DNA from: Eledone cirrhosa
Taxonomy: Eukaryota
NCBI GenBank assembly: GCA_964016885.1
Contig: OZ024741.1
Coordinates: 222,208,001 to 222,272,000, forward strand
Direction: 5' to 3'
Length of the DNA stretch: 64,000 bases
Each line of letters begins with the position of its first letter. Position 1 is the stretch's first letter. Shown one piece after another: positions 24,928 to 36,612 of the stretch. The position numbers and the translations under genes were made by a program. The notes under the pieces are model-generated. The model was given only the letters and a program-made list of their open reading frames with translations. It ran no database searches and had not been told where the DNA came from.

Positions 24928-27900
24928 TCATCATCATCATCGTTTAACGTCCATCTTCCACACTTGCATGGGTTTGGATGGAAGTTTTCCCACTTGAGGC
25001 AAGATTTGTTGTCCTGCTTGTATAGGACTGTCTGTCGGGTTTTCTACGGCTGGATGCCCTTCCTAACACCAACTACGTTTACAGTGTGGGACTGGGAGGT
25101 TTTTACCGTGTTACCTACATGGCCACATTACAGCGTGGACTGTGTGTTTTTTTTGTCGTGACACCTACACGACCTCATTTTGTTTCGGACTGGATGTTGT
25201 GGTACCAACATAACTTCACATTTAAGGGGGTGGTGTGGATGGGGTGGGGGTAGTGGGACGGGGGTGTATTTTGTTAGAGGTGTCTACTGACTGTAGTAGG
25301 TTTCACTTTGTATTTAGGTAAGGCAGGTCTTCTCTATTACTGTGTAGCGCCAAAGATCTCGGTCCAATGACATTGTCTTGGAGAGGTGTAAGTGTGTGAG
25401 GTCGGAATTTATCAAGTCGTCCCAGGTTTTTCTGGGTCTGCCTACTCCGTGGCTACCGTCTATTTTTATCGCCCTGCACTTCTTTATACAGCTGTTGTCT
25501 TTCATGCGCATCACGTGATCGTACCAACGTAGTCTTCTCTTGAGTAAACAACATCTGATCCCTCTTATTCCTAATTTCTTCCTTAGTTTGTTTATGCTTT
25601 GCCGTTCACGTATATTACTATTACACATCCAGCGGAGCATGCAAGCTTTGTTTCTCTCCAGTCTGCGTATATCCTCTGCACACAATGCCCAGGTCTCACT
25701 GCCATGTAACATTGCTGTTCGTATGCAGGCATCATACAGCCTGCCTTTCATTTTTAGAGAGAACCCTTTAGCGGCCAATAGTGGTATAAGCTCTCTGAAC
25801 TTTTTCTATCCCGTTCTGACTCTAGCTACTGTACTTTCAGAGCACCCTCCCTCACTGCTGATTTTGTCACCCAGGTAACGGAAGGTGTCCACTATTTCTA
25901 TAGAACCATCTGTGCAATGGAATGAGCTAGTATTCTGTGGGCACTTGCTGCTACTTATTGCACCAGAGCACTGGCCACATATAAAATCTATATTCTTAGT
26001 TAGCTTACCTGTGATCCCACTACATCTTTTATGCACCCATACTTTGCATTTGGGACATAAAATGGAGTTTCTGCCTACTCCTTTCCTACACACTGAGCAT
26101 GGCCATTTCCCAGATGAGACCGGTGCCCTATTTTCCTTCCTACAAACTAGAACTTTAGTCTTAGACAAGTTAACTTTAAGGCCTTTTGATTCTAGGCCAT
26201 GCTTCCATGTTTGGAATTTCTTCTCTAGTTCAGCTATGAGCGTTAGATCATCTGCATATAGGAGTTCCCATGGCAGCCAGTCTTGAACTCCTCTGTTATA
26301 GCCTGAAGGGCAATAATAAATAGTAGGGGGCTAAGAACGGAGCCCTGATGAACACCAACTTTTACGCTAAACTCTTCACTATATTCGTTGTTAATTCTAA
26401 CCTTGCTGACTTTCTTTATGCATGGCTTGTATAGCTCTCACAAGCCATTCATCAACACCTAGTTTTCTAAGCGCCCACCAGATAATGGAGTGGGGGACTC
26501 TGTCAAAGGCTTTCTCCAAGTCAACAAAAGCTAAGTATAGGGGTTTACTTTTAGCTAGGTACTTCTCCTGTAGTTGTCGTACAATGAAAAGAGCGTCTGT
26601 GGTACTTTTACCTGACACAAACCCGAACTGCATTTCATATAGATCAATTCGTTCTCTGATTAGTTGCGCTTTTACTTTTTCTGTGACCTTCATGACCTGG
26701 TCGATTAATTTAATGCCTCTATAGTTACCCCTATCTAGGGCATCTCCTTTACCCTTGTAGCAGTTAATGATGATGTTGCTACGCCAGTCCTTCGGAATGG
26801 CCCCATTCTGTATGACTTGGTTTACTATCCGGGTGACCATAGTGTGTCCCACCGTTCCAGATGCTTTCAGCATTTCAGCAACTATTTCCGAAGGCCCAGC
26901 CGCCTTACCCGTCTTCATATCTTTGATTGCCTTACTTATTATACTACCTTCAACTAGCACTGCTGATCCCTCTATTGGATCGATGTGGGGGAGACTGTCT
27001 TTCTCCCATTTATTCTCCTCATTTAGTAGCCTTTTGTAGTGACACTTCCAAGCTACCTTCTTATCAGTGTCAATGATGGCAAGTACACCATCATCATTAA
27101 GGACACACTTCTCCCCGACAATATCACAGTTTTCCTTGACACATTGCCTAGCAATCCTGAACACCTCACGTTTTTGGTCTTCGCGTTGTAGAACATGCTT
27201 GAACTTTCTTTCCTCTGCTTCCCTTCTTGCGAAGTACACTTGTCTCCTAGCTTCCCTCCTGGCCACTTGATAGTCTTCTCTACTTCCCCCATCCCGCCAT
27301 ACTTTCCAAGCCTGGTTTTTGGCCTTAATTGACTCCTCCACCTTACTGTTCCACCACCACGTTACTCTCCTCCTGCCTATAGGCCTGCTCCAGCCACAGA
27401 CTCTATCTGCCACCTTCAGCTGGTTAGCTTTCAGGAATTCCCACTGTTCCTCTATATTGTACCACTCTAATTGCTCTTCCTTACTGTCGAAAGCATCAAG
27501 TAATATGCTTTTAAATTTATTACTGGCTGTGGGGTCCTTTAGTTTCCATATTTTTCTCCTGAGGATAGTCCTGACTATGAGTCTATGTTGGGAGATGCAT
27601 TCTTCATGGGGGAGGGATTTAGTGTTTACAACAGACACTCTATCACGTCTTCTGGTAAGGATATAATCTATCTGACTGGCGTGTTGCCCTGATCTGTAGG
27701 TGATCAAGTGATTGTCTCGTTTTTTGAAGTTAGTGTTGCAGATAGTTAGGTTATTTGCGTCGCAGAATTCCAGGATTCTGGAGCCTTCCTCATTTCTAGT
27801 ACCAAACCCATAGCCTCCATGGATTCCATCATAGCCGTCACAATGTTGTCCAACGTGACCATTTAGGTCGGCAGCAATAATTATGGAATCACTGTCGGTT

Positions 27901-28883
27901 ATTTGGGAGGTAGTGAGCATCAATGTCTCATAGAATCTGTCTTTTATAGCGCCAGGCAGTCCGGATTGGGGTGCTTACGCAGATATTACTGTCACAGTAG
28001 TTCTATTTAGGACAAGTCTCATTTTAATTATTCTGTCGTTCACTCTATTTACATCTATTATCTTATCTACCCATTTTTCTGCTAACATGATTCCTACCCC
28101 ACCCAGCCCATTTTCATTTCCCACCCAGAAAACTTATAGCATCGTTTTTTTACCCACAATGAATCTAGCAGACCCACCCCTCCACCTGGTCTCTTGGATA
28201 CAGCAAACATCGACCTCTTTACGTTCAAGCATTTCTACAACCTCGTTAGAGTGACCTTTTAAGGTGCCTACATTCATGGTACCAACTCTGAAGTTTTGGA
28301 TTGCGTTTGGTGGGTGGGAATGGTGGGTCGCAGGGAGGGGTGAGGAGGATGGGGTTGGGGTTATGTTGGCCATCCGCGGCCGAAACAAAGAGGAGTCCTT
28401 GTCTTTTCGTCCGGCAGCGTGAGGTGAATTTGTCTTTATCTTTGGCATTGTCACTGAGTGTCCAGATTTTTCAGACTTTCCAGAATTCCATAGTCCATCC
28501 ATCATATCGGCAAGCAACCAGAAGTGATAGCATAGGCTGCTGACTTATGATTGGTCCTAATAATAATGGTGGAGAGTGGGGGACGGTGGGAGGGGTATGG
28601 GGTAGTTAGCAAGAGGGTTTAAATGAAATCTTCGAACTTTGGGCATAATTGGACAAGCGTATAACAGAAATAATAAGTGAATAATGGGGTTTTAAAATAC
28701 AAGAAGATTATTTAGAACAACCAGACAGAATTATAGAATAGCATTGAGAGAGAGCAAAAGATTGGATTCTGGGCGATGATACGGATATATGAATGAATGG
28801 ACCGATAGGCTGGAGAGATAAGAAAAATGGCATTTACATTACATTTCGCAGGGGACGACGAGGTCTGACCATTAATAAGCGTT
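24928..28883 (-). mobile_element. Near full-length RTE LINE (about 3.95 kb; APE endonuclease, RT and PHD-like finger), frameshifted
   Basis: APE motifs (GTMNVGTLKG, CCIQETRW, ADLNGHVG, SQIDYIL, SQHRL); RT in ORFs 26397-27923, 25806-26168 and 25314-25778; (CAT)n tail; (TA)n at both ends. Confidence 0.95.
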
Positions 28884-28917
28884 GTATATATATATATATA
28901 GATATATGTATGTGTGC

Positions 28918-28955
<38 letters not shown>

Positions 28956-28984
28956 GCACATATATATATATATATATATGAAAA

Positions 28985-29370
28985 GAGTCGGGACCCTGAC
29001 AGCTGAGCTCTGGCCGTTTCGACAGATAGATCTAACTAACCCAGCAGTATTAGGACAGCAGGGACCTAGCTGAACTTATTACCCTCTCTACTACCCTAAG
29101 TATTGAGTACTCTGGTCTGTTATGGTCCAGCTGGTTCCCTACCACACTTTCTTTGTTATATATATATGTATATATATAATAGGAACGAGTAGGACCCTGA
29201 TGACTGAGCTCAAGCCGTTTCGACAGCTAATTCAGTCCAGAATTAACCGTCGAAACGGCTTGACCTCAGCCGTCGGGGTCCTACTCGTTCCTATTACCCA
29301 CTCTACTACCCTAAGTATTGAGTACTTTGGTGCGTTATGGTCCACCTGGTTCCTTACCACATTTCCTTCG
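28985..29370. mobile_element. Two adjacent micro-elements of one family; the second has a 120-bp palindrome (29177-29296) containing the 3' half of a hammerhead
   Basis: Shared tail ctctactaccctaagtattgagtact...ttatggtcca; GAAAC ggct..agcc GTC at about 29252-29274. Confidence 0.65.
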
Positions 29371-29659
29371 TTATGTATATATATATATAAATGTAAATTT
29401 TGAGTATATGTTGGTTGTTTACCGACACCTCAGTATGCAGATTGGAGCACTCGACGAAGTGCGCAGGTTGGTTTAGTTACTCCGGAGTAATGTAAAATAA
29501 AATAATTAAGTCAAATATTTAAAAGACCTCTTCAGGCAGTCCGAATTGGTGTGGTAGAGACGGGTACACTTGTTGTTGAAGTGTTTAACTCCCTCAATAC
29601 TCCGATATGCCCAGTTCCTGGTTGTGTTGTTATTTCTCTGAGGAACTGGAATCATATTG

Positions 29660-30672
29660 TGTGTTTTATAGAATAGAAAGAACTAGGAATAAGGTTAATA
29701 GAATAAACTCATGGTATGATAGCAATAAATACCAGAGTGTAATGTTCATCAATACAACCCCTAGAGGTGAATTAGCTTACAAATTTAGAAGGGCCCTAGA
29801 TAAATTTAAACTAAATATTAAGGTAGTAGAAAGACCAGGTACCTCCATTAAAACACTTATTAGTAATACATACTCTTTTCAAAGACCTCCCTGTATAGAT
29901 AAGAAATGCATAATCTGTAAACTAAGCCTCCATATTAACTGTAAAACTAGAAACATAGTATATAGCATAAGATGTACTGAAGGACAATGTAAAGATAAGA
30001 ATATAGTGTACTTCAAGATAGAAAAGATTCATTGGTACTCCACCAACATGCTAAAATAGAACATAAGGGCAAATTAGAGAATATAGAAATAAAAATAAAA
30101 TCTACACAGAAAAGACACAATGTTTAGACAAATCACAGAGGCAATAAACATAAATGAACTCCAACCAAAATTAAATAGAAAACATGAGTGGAATAGCAAC
30201 ATCACAACTTACAATTAAGGACAAAATGAAAACACACACACACATAGAACAAACAATTAACTAGTAACATGTAAATAAACAAATAAATAAACAAATAAAA
30301 CACACACAGACACCTGGATGTAACACATGCGCAAACTAAGCACACAACACACACAAAAACAAGATGGCGTAGGACAGAACAAAGGAGAGGCACAAAACAA
30401 AGAGAAGAATCCCCAGTCACTGAAGAGGTCACAGAATGTGTGACGAAAGAACTTTGACAATATATGAACAACTGTCCGGTTGTGGAACCAACCAAACGGA
30501 AATTTATAAATTTATAAATTCTTAAATTTATAAATTTAATTTATAATAAATTGGAGTGAAAGCAACTGGTGCGTGTGTTTCTTATTGGCAACATGACCCT
30601 CCCAAAGTATAACAATATCGGTTTCAACACACATTTTCAGATAAAGAATCTTGCTAAACAAATCCAGAAACG
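29660..30672 (+). mobile_element. PLE 3' fragment (Cys-rich linker and start of GIY-YIG) with 3' UTR
   Basis: ORF 29607-30059: FINTTPRGEL...IKVVERPG...C-x4-C-x2-C...NIVYSIRC...C...Y. Same family as 57706-58762. Confidence 0.7.
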
Positions 30673-30718
<46 letters not shown>

Positions 30719-31118
30719 GTATATATATATGTATATATGTAAAATAACATTAAAGTTTAAGCAAAGAATCGCTGCTTTAACCCTTAACGGGATCTTCTGA
30801 AACTAAAAAAAATCAATCTGTGAACGCAGAAGTAAATATTTCGAAAAACGTTGCAACCGAAGTAAAACAGGAGAATGATACTTTGGTTCGTGGACACGTT
30901 CCCTGCAATGAACGGAAAAAAAACGAAGATAATACGTCATTATGTGGAGCGGTGAAAACAATTACACGCAAAGACAAAACCACGTTTATGGTATAAATGA
31001 AGTCATAGACTAATATTCTATTTAGGAAACTGAATGATATTTTCTGCTTCAGAGTTAAGAATAATGTAAATAAATTAGTAGAACGAAATGACAGAGGTTA
31101 TTAATATATATATCTATA

Positions 31119-31155
<37 letters not shown>

Positions 31156-31274
31156 ATTAGTTAAGCAAAACAAGACCACAAATTTCACAAGGAAGACATT
31201 ATTAAAAGATTCTCAACATATTTTAGTTTGATGTAAGGAATGTAGAGAATAATAATAATAATAATATTAATAAT

Positions 31275-31462
31275 AATTGTTTCTACTTTAGGCACAGGGC
31301 CAGCAATTACCCAGTGCATTACTGGTACTTTATTTTATCGACCCCGTAAGGATGAAAGGCAAAGTCAACCTCGGCGGGATTTGAACTCAGATCGTAAAGG
31401 GACGTAACTATGCTGGAAGGCATGGCGTCCGACCCTCTACCGATACTGCCAATCCACCGCCC
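31275..31462 (-). mobile_element. SINE family A copy
   Basis: Near-identical to 1777-1962; (AAT)n tail. Another copy at 37976-38156. Confidence 0.85.
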
Positions 31463-31670
31463 TCATATAATATTAATAATAATAATGTCCGTTTACAATT
31501 GTTTCGCTACTCCATATAATATTTCTGGATCAGATGACTATGTATCATAATTGATCTGGTTCAGTTGAAAATAATTAACATATTTAAAAAAACAGAGTGG
31601 CTCATACCTCCTCTACTATCTCCATCTTTCTCTTTAAGATTGGTTACTCTTGAACTGTATATATATATAT

Positions 31671-32010
31671 ATCATCATCATCATCATCATCATTTTACGT
31701 CCACTTTTCCCTGCTTGCAAGGGTGGGACGGGAACTGATTCTGGCTTGATTTCTACAGCTGGATGCCCTTCCTAACACCAACCTCATTTACAGTGAGTGC
31801 TGAGTGCTTTTTTGCCGTTGCACCTCCACGACCACTTTGCAGTGGTATGATAGGGACCCCAGTCCCTATCATCTCATTTCTACAGCTGAGTAAACTGGAG
31901 CAATGTGAAATAAAGTGTCTTGCTGAAGGAAACAACACATCACCCGGTCTGAGAATTGAACTCACAAACTTTCGATTGCAAGCCCAATGCTCTAACCACT
32001 AAGCCATGTG
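31671..32010 (-). mobile_element. SINE family B copy
   Basis: Reverse complement of 19694-20030. Confidence 0.85.
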
Positions 32011-32021
32011 ACTACACACAC

Positions 32022-32056
<35 letters not shown>

Positions 32057-32065
<9 letters not shown>

Positions 32066-32612
32066 TAAAAAAATAATGAATAAAACAATGAAACAGTTCC
32101 TTATATTAAACAAAAAAAGTTCATTATTTAACGATCGTTTCTAGGATATATATGTGTTAGAATTGGCATGCATATTCAACAGATCTATGTACAAAATTAT
32201 ACAAAATTATACAAACTATCAAAATTAAATATACATACCAAACACATATATATGCCGTCTTCAGAAATAATTTCTGAAGACGGCATATATATGTGTTTGG
32301 TATGTATATTTAATTTTGATAGTTTGTATAATTTTGTATAATTTTGTACATAGATCTGTTGAATATGCATGCCAATTCTAACACATATATATCCTAGAAA
32401 CGATCGTTAAATAATGAACTTTTTTTGTTTAATATAAGGAACTGTTTCATTGTTTTATTCATTATTTTTTTAATATTTTATCTTGACTCTGTATTCCGTT
32501 TATCTTTCACCGAAAGTGATTTTTCATTGCATCTCTTCTTTCCATGATATCCGGATTACATTGAGTTCTTCATACGGATTGGACACTACCGTAAACTCTT
32601 GGTAGATTTATC
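32057..32612. mobile_element. Near-perfect 425-bp palindrome (32057-32481) with paired hammerhead motifs plus a one-sided tail
   Basis: Centre tcttcagaaataatttctgaaga. Plus-strand motif: attt CTGAAGA (32274) [long stem II] GAAAC gatc GTT aaat (32397-32412). Confidence 0.85.
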
Positions 32613-32627
32613 TACATATATATATAT

Positions 32628-33627
32628 ATCATCATCATCATCATCACCGTTTTACGTCCGTTCTTCCACGCTAGCATGGGTTAGACGGGTTGTCCTGTTG
32701 TGGGCAGTGTCTGGTCGGCTGACCATGCCTTGCTCATACAGGAACTGATCTGGCTTGATTTCTACAGCTGGATGCCCTTCCTAACACCAACCTCATTTAC
32801 AGTGAGTGCTGGGTGCTTTTTCGTGGCGCCTACACGTCCACTTTACAGTGTGGGCTGGGTGCTTTTTTGCCGTGGCACCTCCACGACCACCTTACGGTGG
32901 GGGGGGGGGGGCATATTGTTTATATGCTTCAGCATGTACCCATGGGAGGTCGGGTACCCTGTATTACTGCGTGACGCCAGAAGTCACGGTCGTGTGTCAT
33001 TGACTTTGAGAGGTGTAGTTGGGTAAGGTCGGCTTTTATCACCTCATCCCAAGTCATCTTGGGTCTCCCCACTCCGCGGTTTCCATCAACTTCTAGTGCT
33101 CTGCACCTTTTTATGCAGCTGTCATCCTTCATACGCATCACATGTCCATACCAGCGTAACCGCCTCTCCTGCACGCAGCATTTGATTCCTCTTATGCTCA
33201 GTCTCTCTCTCAATTCATTTATGCTTTGTCGTTCACGTATATTACTGTTACACATCCATCGGAGCATGCAGGCTTCGTTTCTCTCTAATCTACGTAAGTC
33301 TTCCACCTTCAGCGCCCAGGTCTCACTACCATGCAACATCGCTGTTCGGATACACGCATCATACAGTCTGCCTTTCATTCTGAGGGAGAAGCCTTTTGCA
33401 GCTAGCAGTGGTAGTAGTTCCCTAAACTTCTTCCATCCCGTTCTTACCCTAGTTATTGTACTTTCTGAGCACCCACCTCCGTTGCTAATTCGGTCACCTA
33501 GGTAGCAGAAGCTGTCTACTGTTTCTACAGGGCCCTCCCAGAGATTGGTGGTACTTGTTTCCTGTGGCTGTTTGCTTGCTGTTTCAGCACAGCTGCTGCA
33601 TGTGAATCCTACATTCTTAATTAGCAT
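32628..33627 (-). mobile_element. 5'-truncated RTE LINE
   Basis: ORF 32929-33627 (FCYLGD, GRLYDAC, RLRWYGHV); 3' UTR; (CAT)n tail. Confidence 0.9.
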
Positions 33628-33867
33628 GTGAATCCTACATTCTTAATTATATATATATATATATATATATATTTGTATATATATATATATGTATATTTGT
33701 ATATATATATATATGTATATAGAGAGAGAGAGTAGATAGAATTTCATAACTATGCAGCACAATTTATGGGATAACAGATGAATGGTGTTAGGTTTGAATG
33801 TGTCAGTCAAGTAAGATATCTTAAAATGGAGGGGGTTCATTCTTAGATAATGTGGTGTGTATGTGTG

Positions 33868-34270
33868 TGATACCATCCTCTCAATGTTACCATAGTATGA
33901 TACCATCATATCCATGTTGTCATGGTATGATACCATCATATCCATGTCATCCATGGCATGATACCATCTGTCAATGTCATCATGGTATGATACCATCATA
34001 TCCATGTCACCATGGCATGATACCATCTGTCAATGTCATCATGGTATCATACCATCATGGTGTGGTACCACCATAGTATGATACCACCATGGTATGATAC
34101 CATCATATCCATGTCACCATGGTGTAATACAATCATATCCGTGTCACCATGATATGACACCATCTGACATTGTCACCATGGTGTGATACCATCAAATCCA
34201 TGTCACCATCATATAATACATCTGTCATTGTCACCATGGTATGATACCATCTGACCATGTTACCATATCA
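33868..34270. repeat. About 30-bp minisatellite (gataccatcatatccatgtcaccatggtat)
   Basis: More than 10 degenerate units seen directly. Confidence 0.85.
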
Positions 34271-34459
34271 ATGTTAGTTTTGTTAAGCCAGAATTGATTT
34301 TCATAGTTGGATGGTTATGTAAATTTAGGGTTTGCTTTCACTATGGTATGCTGTCACCATGATATAATGTCACCTTGTCAATGTCAGCATGATATGATAC
34401 CAACCTGTCTGTGTCACCATAGAAAATCAGACCCTAAAATACATAATGGAAAGAATCAT

Positions 34460-34930
34460 TATCATCATCATCATCATCATTTAGCGTCCATCTTCCACAC
34501 TAGCATCGGTTGGATAGGTTTGTCCCACTTGAGGCAAGATTGGTCGGGTGACTGTCTCGTTCATATAGAACTGTTTCTGGCAGGTTTCCTACGGCTGGAT
34601 GCCCTTCCTAACACCAACCACATTTACAGTGTGGACTGGGTGCATTTTGTCATGTCAGCTACATGACCATTTTGTAGTGTGGATTGGATGGTCTGTGGTA
34701 CCAACATAACTTTAGAGAGAAAGGGTGGTGAGAACGGAAGTGGGAGGATGGAGTAGGGGATGTGGGGTGTATAATGGGTTTAGAGGTGCCTACTGACTGT
34801 AGGTTTAAGTTTGTATGTAAGGGAAGGTGGGTCTTCTGTATAACTTCATAGCATCAAAGATCTCGATCCAATGACATTGTCTTAGAGAGATGCTAGTGAG
34901 CAAGGTCAGTTTTTATCACCTCATCCCAGG
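34460..34930 (-). mobile_element. RTE 3' end fragment
   Basis: (CAT)n tail, family 3' UTR and last codons of the ORF. Confidence 0.75.
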
Positions 34931-35174
34931 TTATTCTATATTTACTATTATATTTTCATCGTATAGGCTTTACCTCACATAATTATCTCACATAATATTA
35001 AATCTAGGAGATTTCATTTTGAGAACAATACCTTAACATCAGTATGAGCGGCTGGTTACAGCTAGTTTGAACAGAAAGAGGTGAAAGAATTCTGGCCAGA
35101 TAAGGCTGGTTTAACTGTTAAAGGGTTAAGTCAATATTTGACATTGTTATATCTTTATTTGATTCTTTTTTCAG

Positions 35175-35293
35175 GGATTGTTTGGAACTGAAGGCTTGAA
35201 CATATTAATCCAATTTTTAAAATGTGATGTGACATTACTGAACAGTGGACTGGATTATCACATCTTAATACTTGCTGTTATTGACTGCATTTG
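35175..35293 (+). CDS. CFAP69: CFAP69-like exon (GLFGTEGLNILIQFLKCDVTLLNSGLDYHILILAVIDCIW)
   Basis: ttttttcAG acceptor, TG|GTAAGA donor, phases 0 to 2. FGTEG...SGL.Y...D.IW motif. Confidence 0.9.
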
Positions 35294-36091
35294 GTAAGAA
35301 GAATTTTCTCAGCTTTATTCTATTGTCAAATAATCTGTTTCGTTATAGGGGTGAGGCAGTTGTTAGGGTATTGAATTAGAAATGCCTTGGTATTTGTTCC
35401 AGCTTACTGTGCTCTAAGTTCATATCATACCAAGGTCAACTTTGCCTTTCATAATTTTGAGGTTGATAAATAAAGTAACAGTCCAGACCTGGGACCAATT
35501 CTTCTTCTATATTTCTTTCTCATTTCCTGGGCATTTTAAACCTGGCAGAGCTCATCCCCGGCAGCATATGAGTGGGGTTCTCAAGATGTAAGATGTGTGA
35601 TGGAGGAAGGAAAGGCCTTGTAATAACAAAACAGCATACAGATATGGGGCTTTTAAGATGTAAGATGTGTGATGGAGGAAGGTAAGGCTTCAAGATGTAA
35701 GACATTATTTGGAATTGTCATAGAAGCAAAACAAAGAAAAAACTGAGATTTCTTTCGTATAAAATGATGTTATATTTTTACCATTTCTCTGACTTGTGAG
35801 AGATTTATTCCGCTTGTCTGAGCAATCTAATCAGTTGTATGTTGATTAATTCTTGGTGTCTGGTATTGATTGACTTTCTACTTTTATATTTAGAAAGTGT
35901 TGTTTTGAGGTTTCACACAAATATATCTATATATATGTGTATAAATGTGTGTGTGTGTGTATATATATAAAGAGTGTATGTATATAAAGAGGGAGAGAAA
36001 GATAGAGTTACATATATTGTATATATGTATGTCTGTATATATATATATATATGTCTCTGTATGTGTGTATGTATGTATATATGTGTGTATA

Positions 36092-36141
<50 letters not shown>

Positions 36142-36612
36142 TTGCAAGGTTTTTGATATGAAATCGTGTTGAAACAAATATTGTTATACTTGGGGAGGGT
36201 CATATTGTTGTAATAATATTGTCAGAAATAATAACAGAACACACTCACTGTTTGGTTGGTTTTCACTTCTATATCTTTTATATCTCCATAGTTAATTTAT
36301 TTGGCAATCAATGTTTATCATTGATTGACCAACGGTTAAAAAATACAGATATAAATATATATATATAGTCTATCAAAGTTCTTTCGTTGCACATCTGCAA
36401 CATCATCAGTGGTACTATTATCATGTTCCCTCCTCTTGTATTGTAATGTTTACGCCATTTTTTAAATTTATTTTTATTAAATGAGCAGTGGCAGAAATGG
36501 AAAAAAATATCTTTGAGAAAAAACAAGTCTATTCATGTGGCCATCTCTTATGCATATATTTGTATGTATATATATGTATATATATATGTATATATATGTA
36601 TATATGTATATA

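Noticed and set aside
28830-28883. Possible HDV-like ribozyme at the RTE 5' end (gacctcgtcgtcccctgcg)
   Set aside because: Only a P3/L3-like fragment is visible; P1, P2 and P4 could not be assembled by eye.
33643-34076. Repetitive Met/His/Asp-rich ORFs
   Set aside because: Translation of a 30-bp minisatellite; no splice signals or homology.
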